From Lingula anatina (lineage: Eukaryota > Animalia > Brachiopoda): 64,000 nt of DNA. Positions 52,891-64,000 of the stretch are shown in pieces. The DNA lies in contig CM120642.1 in NCBI GenBank assembly GCA_051362555.1, forward strand, positions 12,462,001 to 12,526,000, read 5' to 3'. The notes below the pieces were generated by a model. That model was not told the DNA's origin. It worked only from the letters and a program-made list of their open reading frames with translations, and ran no database searches. The position numbers and the translations under genes were made by a program. How positions within the stretch are numbered: position 1 is the first letter of the stretch; every line of letters begins with the position of its first letter.

Positions 52891-55800
52891 TTCAAGCGGT
52901 CACTAAATCATGGGTCGCTATTAATTAAATACTAATTATAAGGATGATCGCAGATTTATAATTACGACTTCTACGAAATCTACGAATGTTCATTTCAACT
53001 TTACTTAGTTAAAACTCCTTACCAATCCGCCCACTGTAGACACCGAGCACACACACAAACTAGAAAATGAGGTTAAACCCTATGTTTGTCCCATAACTAG
53101 CTTTATTTCTCTCAGTGTTTGTGTTTGAATGTGAATTTATATCTATCGTTGTACAACTAAGACTCTATTTGCCATAGCGAAATTACTGAACAATGCCACG
53201 TCGCTTATCCTGATTGTCGCGAAAAAAGAGCCATAGTCTACAAGTTGTATCGAAATCATTCAATCATCTGACGCCACTAAACCGGCTTATTTTATACAGA
53301 TAACGATTCTTCATCTGACCGTTGCAATTACATCTAGTTCTTTTTTATGATTAATTCATAAGTCAGAACAAAACTATATAATTATCACATATGAAATAAA
53401 TACTATGTATCTAAAACCAAGGCAAGTAGAGAAAAGGAGAGCACAAAACCAGTATTGTTTTAAGGTCTATCGAAATACATGTGTTTATCTGGTCTTCGTG
53501 TTTGGCTAACGCCCATGAAACATCACAAATGCAGATAAACATATAAACATACACATACATACATATATATTCTTTGCTTTTTAGGTTTCAGCTCCTATTA
53601 TCTTAATTAGATGAACATGGTGCTACAACGTATAAAGCAGACAGAAATGCCAGAAAGTTAAAAAGGGAAATTGTGAAATAAACCTCTTCGATCAAGCAAA
53701 CATGGTGCGAATGGCATCACCTGAAGATATGACCACGAGTTCGACCGAATGCTATCTAACGGCCTTTTAGTCCTATTTCACTTCAAGTAACAAAAGTACT
53801 TACTTATGAACTGTATCAAACTGAAACTGAATAGTTAAAAAAACGCTGCCAAATTGTAGTTAATTACAGGGTCCAATTGGAAAAAAAAGTTTAGTGGAAT
53901 AGTGTCTGATTTCAAACCCGAACATTTTAGAGTAATTTCATGCACAATAAGTCTACAACAGTCTGGTAAAATAAACAGCTGACGGTCTGAAACATCTGAG
54001 AGTACAACAATATTAATTGAATTGCTAATCTCAGATGAAATAGCAAAAGATTTGTGGTCTTTTAGTTAAAATTTACTTTTGAGATAAGTTGGGTAATGAA
54101 TATAATGTTGAAATAGATATTTTCTCCAATACTAAAGGTAATGGGAAGACACTACCCAATCATCCCCACGAATTGGCATTGCCTTGCCTGCTGTTAGTCT
54201 CAGTTTCACAAATCTTCCCTGCTTGTGCGCTGAACTACAACAACTCAAATAAAAATATATGAAATACGTTCATTTTACGCCTCTTAAAATTTGTATGAAA
54301 TTTAATGTACATGCGATAAATGTTCCAACGGTTTGGGTTTTTTTTTTTTTCAAATATTTTAGAGCATAATTAACAGGTGCGCTTCTCATACCATAATATT
54401 TTGTTTACCGATACAATACACCATGAAGTGTAGAAGGGCACAGTATCACCCCTCATTACCCCTGATCTTTCGATAATAAACGAGGTATGTTACAAAACAT
54501 TCAGATGCAACAAGCACAAATTACCGCAAGCTTTGCTCACCTGTACCATGTGTCAAGATAAACGGCGCGCATGAATTTACCTGAAGACGGCTACCTTCAA
54601 ATTGGCTTAGGAATCTGGGAAGCGTGATTCACTTGCTGTAAAACCCAACAGTAATTGACCTCACTTGCGGTGGGCAAATCTAATTTAAAGGTATTTAAAA
54701 TATTCGACCCAATCTGAAAAGTTATAGCTTTTTCCTTTGGCACTGCTTTGGTATAAAATACTGCCTGGGTCTGATACAAGAAGCACTGCCAAATCTTTGG
54801 GAAATGCCTTTCTAACATACAAGCAAATCCGATTTGGATTCATTTGTAACTACGGCTGCTTTTTAATCCATTCATATCGTTCAGATTTGTTACTGCACTT
54901 TGAAATTTTTTTTAATGACGGGATGATTTCAGGATATAAGAAAAAGCGTCAGCAATTGCATTGAGAGTATGACAAAATCATTTGGAAAATAGTTTCGTAA
55001 TAAGTCTTTCGCTGATTCACAACCTGATTATTCAAGATATTCATCTTTTTTCTTCAAGATAATAAGGCAATCTGCTCTAGATTAAAAGGCAAGAGGTTGC
55101 ACAGGCTGAACTGGTGAGGTTAAATTTATCACTTCTTTCTATGTTTGGCAAGCTATTATTAAGTTTGGCAGAGGTATTTGTTTTATTTTTTACGCCGTTT
55201 GGTCTATATCCTCTCCAGGATGAAGGTAACGCCACTGTTCATCACCCATGATACGTCCATTTCAGGTAACAAGGCCTTCACCTCACAATGGCCACCCCAG
55301 GAAATCTTGGCCCATTCGTGTTGAGTTATGATCTATTGGAGTAGACCGTTAACGTCTGTAAAGGTCGCATTCGCCGGCTTAATATGGCATACATAGCAAA
55401 ATGACAGTATTATTATTTGATTAAGCCACGTCATAAGGTCAATGTCGCTGATTTTGAAACCCAGTGTATCCCCACTTTCCGCGGCCGATGATTAACTGCT
55501 CTGTAAAATCACAAAAAAGAGCAGGCGCCTCCTTACTTACTTTACACCAGAAAACCTAAGCATTATATCAAGAACCCATAATTAATGATATCACGTACCA
55601 GTAACGTAACTCAACTCGAGAATCGAGGCACAAGGATAAGACAAGTCGTTCAGTACATTAATACTTCATAATGTAATTAATGAATGTTCTTCGCTTTCAT
55701 ACATCAGTTAACTGAGCAGCGACGGAACCTCTCCAGTCTGTTGGGTCTATCAGAGACCATAACTCAATCAGTTCCTCTAACTAAGCGTAAGAAAAGTCGC

Positions 55801-57404
55801 TGCATGCCCTACTCGTCTTCCTGGGTAGTCTGTGAAAATCAAATTGTCTGGAAAATTGGGCTCCCATCGTTGATATGTCGATAAAGCAAAAGAAAACTGC
55901 TGTTTAAAAGATTATATGTGACAATGCCTGGAGGAAATGCCCTTAAAATAATCTCCTATGTAGTAATGGCGATTGATTGATTGATTAATGGTCGGTACCT
56001 GCTGGCGTCTGTTGGAAGAGAAAGGTAGTACCTGTTTGATCATGGATGTTGTAACATTGGAATGCTTAACATTAAGGATCCTATTTTGAGAAGAAAGATG
56101 TTTTTGTCAAAAATATCTTTTTTTATTCTTTCATAAATGCTTCTCCTTCATTATATACTTGAAATAAAACCAGTGAATCTAATCCTTGAAAAGGTTTAAA
56201 TTTTAACCATATACTATGAGAAGATTATCATGGAGTAAATAGAGGTTTTGTTTGTCAGTTATAATTACCTCTGTCTGCCCACGTATCCGAATTATGCAAC
56301 CGTTTTGAAAATAGCGTGATGTTTGTCTCAGTTGGCAGATTGAAAATCCCAAAGCAGCGGGTAGACAGACTCGACATGATTAATTATGGAAATGCACTGT
56401 AACCTTTAATTCTAAAAGTCTTACCTGTTGGTACCAGTCAATTTGTGATGAAGGAGTCTTTTTTTAAGTTAACCAACCCTGCTCCTTGGCAAGTTGTCGA
56501 AAACGTTGCTATTCCAAACCTAGAACAGCTGAGAAGGAAATCTTGTATATGAACATGTTGTGCTATCTAATTGTTTCATGAAAAATTCAAAAGTCTTTCA
56601 GATTTCAAATTTGGGCGAATGTGGTTAATACTTGAGCACCCGCATTAGTGTTATTAAACTTCTTAATCAGTGCAGTGGACTTCTGATACATCAAATATTT
56701 ACCTTAACGAGGGACAGCATGCTTTTGTACTAGTCGTCCAGTTAATATGTAGTGCGTGTTAAGTGTTTTGCGTTTTTTTTTCTTTAAAATAAAAAAGGCC
56801 CTTGTCGCAGTTTGGCCGGGCTGCCGGACACCGAAATTTCATGTTATATTTTATATTGTATGGTATTCTGTAATGTTTACTGTCTAATACAAAGAAAATA
56901 CAAATTTTGCGGTTTATAAGCGACATACATATTAGAACAACAGTTACAAACGCGTGCATTGTCAAGGCATAAATCTAATTACCCGCCGGATTACAGATAT
57001 CAAGGTACCTGTTTCCTGGAATAGATTAATCACGCCGTCAATAAGGTGGTGAAAAGAGCCGCTTGCAGGATTCTGGCACGAAATAAATATCTTATTTACC
57101 TATCGTTCCGAACACCCTTCTAGTTCTAACGACCCAACACTTTTCCAAGTTCCAAAATCAAAACACCCTGTAAATACACTTGTTTTCACTTCACTCAAGG
57201 CGAAGTTAACGGCTACATGCGTTCCTTGCCTTTTACTTTGCATAAAAAGGCACGATTTTGAACAGGGATAATATTTCTTCATTATATGAAAGGTAATAAA
57301 CATGCCATAGGGATATATGCGCTGGTCATCTACAAAAAAATCAAGAAGATATAAGGCAGCACTAAACCCCTGTGTGGCCCCAGTCCGGATGGATACGCAA
57401 TAGT

Positions 57405-57438
57405 CACACACACGCACACACACACACACACACACACA
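57405..57438. repeat. (CA)n microsatellite
   Basis: Direct observation. Confidence 0.95.
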
Positions 57439-58019
57439 ACAAATCACAGTTCCATTCCTGTTTTGGTTGCATCAAAATCAATCCCTGTCCTTATGTCCTT
57501 GCCAATTATTAATTCCCAGAAGAAAAAATTGTATAAGACCACGGCCCACTCTATCATATAATGAGCGCTATCGTATTAATGAGACTTATTAATACGAGGA
57601 TGTACGGACCATGTTTACAATTTATTCCCTGTAAGGAATATCTGATCCACACCTACGCACTGGAATTGTGTGTACCACCGGCATTATTTTCAGCATAACC
57701 TTGGGTAAAATGAGCTTTAGAAAGCTAAAACTACTAGTAGATATCGGTTAAAAAGTGAGAGCGACACAATGTAACTTTTTCAATTTTCATTATAATTTTT
57801 CAGCAACAGCAACCCTTTTGTTTTTTATTATAAACCAGTTCGCTGGACACTACGACGCACTTAAGACCACCCAGTCTCCAAACTCATGTTTTGAACACCA
57901 TCTGGTGAAAAGACGAACAGAAGCAGAACAAATGTACCTTACTTTGGCATCATTATGATGATCTTATCACTGTCTTCATTACAATTGAAACCAACCAATA
58001 ATACTGGTCTTTACTGGGG

Positions 58020-58807
58020 TTTGAGGTCCTCTGCCCAATTTATCCCAGGTATTTTCAGTGGGAGACACGGCCACGGAAGAGTGTGGATCTGCTCCCGCTG
58101 CAGGTACGCCTGTGCTACCCTGGCAGTATGGGAACGGGCGTTGTCCTGCTGTAGTATTGGGTGTTGATGCATGAATGGCACAACAGCTGTCCTTTGGAGT
58201 TCATCTCTGTTCTGCTAGCTAGTCAGATTTCCACCAGTCACCGCTAGCACCATGAGTTCTGTCTGGAAATTGCCACTTATGCCCGCTCAAATCACTTTGC
58301 CTATGGCAACGGGCAAAGGAACGACCCCGGTCCATATCAGACAGCCGTGGCATGATGTCAACAATCACTACAATTTCCATAAATTCTGTCTGGAAATTGC
58401 CACTCATGCCCGCCCAAACCATAACACTTTGCCAACGGCATTGGACAATGGCACGACCCCGTCCAGATCAGACAGCGGTGGCATGATGTCAACATGATCT
58501 TGGTTTTCTGATTCACTGTCCACTAGCATTGATTGTAGACAAGTGATACCTGCCAGACATTTGTTCCATTTATTTTTAGATGAGATTTCTGAAAATCTGA
58601 AGCTAGACATTGTCTGGAATCGCTCGAGCGTATATAGTATTCCGCTGCTGGACTGAGATGGTGTTCTGTCACTGAATATAGTGACCATACTAACGTGCAC
58701 ATTGAGCATGTTGAAGCACTGTGGTCGAAACAAACTTGCGTTTCTTTTTTTCCTTTTCTTTTTCTTTTTTTGGCCAGTAAAGTTTAAAAGAAGAACCCCA
58801 GACTGTA
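58020..58807 (-). pseudogene. Decayed Tc1-family (DD34E) transposase / transposon
   Basis: Minus-strand fragments in Tc1 order: IFSD (~58670), MVWAGMS (~58420), RDELQRTAVVPFMHQHPILQQDNARSHTARVAQAYLQREQIHTLPWP, then frameshifted SPTENTWDKLGR. Candidate end TA|CAGTCTGGGGTT at 58807. Confidence 0.88.
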
Positions 58808-60249
58808 TGATTACACATAGACATTAAATTTTGTCTAAATTCAGATGTTGCACGAAAAAACAGCCAATAAAGTGTAATGGGACGTAAACCGGGTAAAACT
58901 TTTTTAAAAACCATGCTCACCTATGCATTTTATTAACATCTAGCTGGGGCATAATGACGGAGGCAGCGGGTTGATAATTTGGCAATTTTGCGGCAAGCGA
59001 AAATAAAAAATGTCAAGCTTGTTGGAAACCCCAAAATGCATTTCATATCATCAAATTAACAGACGTTGTTGGGAATGCCAGAAGGTTTCAAATCCGGCCC
59101 TTTTTTTCGTCTAAGCCTTAAGACATGTCCTCCAAATTACTGTGCGCCTCTGGGCTTTCCCAATTTACCGGTTTTATGATGGATGTGCAGGGACTTGATT
59201 GAGTAGCAAGCCACATTAGCCTTTACTTTAGATGATGTGCAAATAAACGGTAATGATCACTCGCAGACATTGTGGTCGACCTGTTGAACGGGTTCCAATA
59301 CTCTGGGAAATGAAAGACGCACTTCTAGACTGCAAATAATGGTGATAACAGCACCTCTTAGGTGATGGGCGTACGCTGAGGAACCAGTCCCCGAGGCACG
59401 CTTGTTCTTTGCCTAAAGAATACGGCATTAGCAGAGTTAATGCCGATGGCTATGAAGGACTGTCCGGTGTTTTTTTTTATTTATTTTATTTTTTTTATTA
59501 ATTTTTTTTCACTGAACCATTGGTACTATTGCCTATACACAACTCAGTCAAGTTCATGGCTTCAAAAATGTTTGGTAATTAGTCTCTGTGTAATCCTCAT
59601 ATAAATTTTGTACTGTTTTCACATTCTGCTTGGGAGCATTTCAAACAGATCAAACGGTAAATTGCTATCTGATACATGCTAGGGCAGTCACAACGTATAT
59701 TTGGCATTCTACAAATAAATTGGATCATGTCAAAGCAGAAGCAGTTGTTGTTAGGTTGTGTCTCCACAGTCCTTTTAGAAATTCATGCGTTAACAGTAAT
59801 TACCATTTATGAAAATTACACCGTTTACTGTAAAAAAACTAAGATTTTAAGAAGCAGTTCAAAAAGACGTGCTTTCAGACGTGGAATTGACACTTTCCTA
59901 TTAGAAGGCATTCATTGAAATGATAATCCCAAATTCCCAAAATGCCAATCTTAAATGAATTCCATTTGATTTGCATTCAAAGCAACAACAATTCTGAGAA
60001 GTAACGTATTGAAACATGTAATTACCAGTTGTCTCGATCAAAATCACCGCCTGGTGGATGTCCACTGTTAATGGAGTTTTGATAAACGTCTGTTAAGCGT
60101 TCTAAATTATTGTCCCTTGATCATATATGTCATTCTAGCTTACTTGTCACCTTTGAGTATTTTATTTAGATTTATAACCCGTATACATTACGCCCCCAAC
60201 GAAGTCATGTTTGATGGGAATACTGTAGGTGAACATTGAGGTTGCTCGC

Positions 60250-60287
<38 letters not shown>
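60250..60287. repeat. (AAT)n microsatellite
   Basis: Direct observation. Confidence 0.95.
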
Positions 60288-62998
60288 GAACGTGCACAAA
60301 TTACATTTTACAGGCTCTCAACACTATTTTTTATACTTTAAAACAAAATAGGTATGAAAACTGGGGAATAGCAGCGGATAATGTAGCTATTGTTAGTGAA
60401 TAAGAATAAAATCAAAATGAAATTGCAATGTTTGACATACGAGATTTTGATAGATGCAACTCCGCATAAGATTCAAGGACAGAGTCCAAAAAGTTACTTG
60501 CATATCAAAAAGCCTCCGAACACCAATCTCATTTGACATGATATTTTAACTAAAAATTCGCGAAGCTAAGACTAACCTGAAACTTTGGTGCCATTTCAGG
60601 TTTCCCAATTGGGCGTCTACTGAGGTTTCCTGTGCCTGGTTTAATTTGAGAAACAGAAAACTTGTTACGATGACATTATCCTCCCATGCAATACAATCGT
60701 TAGTCGCCTTGTTGGAAGCACATTGAAAATTTAAGCAAATAAAACTTAGGATATAGTGAGGTTTCAATATAATAGGTTCTCATAATTAAAGGCAGCCCTT
60801 TAGTCCTGTTCATTTATAATTGACCTGGTAGACATCTTCCTTCTTTAAGAGAACATATTATTTGGTGTTGTTGTTTATACGTATCCAGGGAATCCTCAGC
60901 TGCCTGGTAATTTCCAGTACACTTGTTTATTTCAAACTACCTCGAGTATCGGCCGTCTGGTACGTGCACAGACTCTGCTGGCAATTCTTTTCAGTTGGTT
61001 CTTTTCAAATTCGAGTTTTTTTTACCAAACATAACGCTCTGTTTGAACCCGAGCTTAGAGTCTGTATTCCTTTAAGTGCTGGCGTCTGAAGAGTCAGAAA
61101 AAGTTTGAAGAGAGAATAAAACTTTAGGGGTTCACGCGTTCCGCACACTTATAATTTTACTCTTAATGTAGGTACCTAGATTCATGTAAGACTAGAAAAG
61201 GCCCAAGACCCATAATTGGATCCTCATAAAAGAAAGCAGGAAAGAAAAAATTCGCAATTCACAAGTGATGGCTCGTGGGGGAGAGACGAAAGTATGCTGT
61301 CGCGATTTGAACAACTTCAATTTGATTTTTTTTTCATGTCGAACAAGGTGTATTTTTGACGTGAAAATTGGATTTTACATGTGTGTCACATTTTCAGTCA
61401 CATGCTCTTTCACACTGGGGACTCAATTAACTCAAACACAAACCTTCTACATCAAACACAAAACAAACATAAAAAACGAATTCTTTCTTCTGCACGTACA
61501 CCATACAGAGGGCTCGAAGCTGGGATCAATACAGACAGTGGCAGAATGAGGCCGGGTCACACTAAGCCAAGTCAGAACGATTCGAAATCGCCCCGAGTGA
61601 TGTTAGTTCCGTCTCAGTACTTAACAATGCATCTGATCCGATTTTGTATGGCTCTGGCCACACCCAGCACATAGAACTGAAATAATCTCCCTCAAAAATC
61701 AAGCCGCAGACACACCGGCTTGATTACAACGAGTACCGCCTACGTCCTTCAGACCAACTGCTGCTCCAGCGGCCAGAGCTTCGTGCGAACACGGTTTAAC
61801 TTGGGGGACGAATCCATTAATTTGATTTGATAGCGTAAAAGGAAAGAACCGTCAATTAACCTATGGAACCTCGCTTCGGAGCTTAATCTTGAAACAACTT
61901 AACTCAAGGATACACTGTTTATTACGTTGTCACATCAAGTGTAAATGGAAGCATTGCATCTTCAATAACCTGATGTAATCATTTGGAAACCGGTTCTAAA
62001 AGTCTTCTTTTAGCGACTATCATTATTTAGAATTCCCTGATCAGCGACTAACCAACGATGAGTGTTGACGTTTAATCCATGTTATTTTCTTCATTTTGTT
62101 TTTTCTTTAGTAAGACATCTTTCGCATGCAAAGAATCAACCAATGGTTGCTTAAACGGCAGTCAATACTGCCGCTTAGGTAAGGGAGAGAGGGAATTGTA
62201 AAACTATATACACTTTTCTTAAGCTAGGCCTACATATTCTTAACAACCGTCATCGCTGCAAAACATTCCACATTTCTTTCTCTGTTTTTCAAAGTACCAT
62301 GCACATATGCAGGTAAAATACAATACGTGGTAAAAAGCTACCGGTTTAAGCGAAAAGATTAACTACTTACGTGATAAATAGTCCTTCGCATTCAAGGCAT
62401 CAATCTTCTTTGACTACCACGTTCTCTTGGTGCGGCATTGCATATCGTTTAGGCACCCTTCCTCACAATAATTCCTTGTTCTGTCAATACAATTACCATG
62501 TAACATCTGCGTGTAATTGAATATTGGACAAATGTTACACTACTGTGCACCTAAACATACTCGTCTGTCTGCCTGTGTCACAAGTAACAGAATAAGATTT
62601 TCCTGGATTAATGATTAATCTTTGCCTTCGGGAGTCCGAAAGATGAGGGCAGAGGGCTGGATAACACAAGATAAATTCTTAATGAGAGCACTTTCAGTTT
62701 TAAGTGAAAACACGGTCATCTGCTGAGCGCGTCAATTACGTTGTAAGTGCATCATTAGCGTTCAAACTGAGAATGGTTATTGTTTTTTGGTTGCATTAGT
62801 TCATGCAGTGTGCACGTCATAAGATAAAACAGACGTGCGATAAAGCAGTCGATTAATTGCAATTCGCTGTCGAGTGAACGTGCGACGGTCACGTTTCGAG
62901 CTTATAACGTTTTTTTTCATGTATTTTAAGCGCGACACAAGAGCTCCTTCATCTGTGCTGTTCGTGAACACATGATAATACTATAGGTAACTTAACTG

Positions 62999-63000
<2 letters not shown>

Positions 63001-63033
<33 letters not shown>
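63001..63033. repeat. Poly(A) run, 33 nt
   Basis: Direct observation. Confidence 0.95.
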
Positions 63034-63035
<2 letters not shown>

Positions 63036-63838
63036 TGCCCTAAACGAATTGTCCACAATGCTGCACTCAAGAATCGAATTTTAATTATCAAAATGACAGA
63101 CAAACATATTTGCCCCAAACCTGCATTATACGTTTGTATAACCAGCTGTCGACCCACAATCTTTTTAGTGATAAAAGAAATAGCAATTATCTATAGACCT
63201 TAATTTTTCAATACGGGCATTAACAAATTACGTACGGACGTCAATGTTGCTGTTATGAGGCAAGCCCTTATCTACGGAACCTATTACTGGAAAAAAATTG
63301 ACAATTAAAAATCCTTATATCATAATGAAAGTATTAGGTATTTTTACATATCTTAATGTTATGATAAAGTTATCAACGATCATGATCTACCGACACCAAT
63401 ACTATAATAAAAGTATAAATAATTAGTAAACCCCAACAATTCCTTTCACCACACAATGGTTTACATGGCCAAAAATGATCAGGCTCCTCTACACTTTGAT
63501 CCTAATACATCATCTGTTTACAACATCCTTAAAACACATTCTTAAAATCTGAATTAGGAAATAACATCAAAATCCATATTTTTCATTTATTCTGTAACAA
63601 CAATTTGATCCGTCTTAGTTCATGGAGGACCAAAATTTTATATCACTTCCCAGCATTTAATAGCCCTTAGCATGAAACGTTAACATCAAACTAAAACATT
63701 ATCGTCTTTTCAATTACATATTACAGTCAACAATTGAACATACAAATTACAATATCAAAAACAACCACAGGGAATGGGTAGCCCTCATATCCAATAATCT
63801 CTTCATTCCTGGACTTGCCTACAAGAAGTGGAATATTA

Positions 63839-64000
63839 TCACTGAACTATCAGATTATATGAAAATGCAGCTAATATAGCCACCACTACTCCCAGTATTG
63901 CATATTTCCCGTACAGTCTCCACACTGGGACAACTTCCTCGACTTCCTTCTGCTTTCTAGGCTTCCGTTTTCTACCCTTCAATCTGCGTTCATACTCCTC
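63839..64000 (-). CDS. 3' end of a gene entering from the right edge: C-terminal TM (tail-anchored-like) protein
   Basis: Minus strand reads EEYERRLKGRKRKPRKQKEVEEVVPVWRLYGKYAILGVVVAILAAFSYNLIVQ*: a charged linker, a ~20-aa hydrophobic helix, then TGA. AT-rich 3'UTR-like sequence follows, with AATAAA (tttatt at 63586-63591). Confidence 0.75.
   Translation of the reverse strand, partial: EEYERRLKGRKRKPRKQKEVEEVVPVWRLYGKYAILGVVVAILAAFSYNLIVQ

Noticed and set aside
59413-59440. Hairpin CGGCATTA...TAATGCCG with a downstream T-run as an intrinsic terminator
   Set aside because: Eukaryotic context; an 8-bp stem is expected by chance and the T-run is not adjacent
63001-63033. Poly(A) run as a retrocopy tail
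   Set aside because: No recognisable retro-element body, polyadenylation signal or TSD adjacent

Overview
AT-rich eukaryotic genomic DNA, probably from an invertebrate animal (spliceosomal introns, microsatellites, MITEs; no prokaryotic features). Content: (1) two tandem, co-oriented SLC22-family (organic cation/carnitine/anion transporter-like MFS) paralogues on +. Gene A is 5'-truncated by the window (7 exons, 1732-5507). Gene B is complete (9 exons, 11297-15794, 607 aa). Their shared exons have identical sizes. (2) Between them, a ~3 kb, ~30-copy 93-bp ACGT-dyad satellite with a 14-unit higher-order repeat. It ends in one transposon-like terminus and is bracketed by a ~500-bp diverged direct duplication. 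(3) A single-coding-exon class A GPCR on - (24542-25780) with NQY in place of DRY. (4) A ~37 kb gene-poor stretch with 5-bp-TSD hAT-like MITEs, other MITEs, a decayed Tc1 transposase and a probable LINE RT relic. (5) The last coding exon of a tail-anchored membrane protein on - at the right edge, missed by the ORF track. I see no convincing wholly new system. The satellite/duplication composite upstream of gene B and the unusual charged residues in the transporter pores are the most interesting leads.
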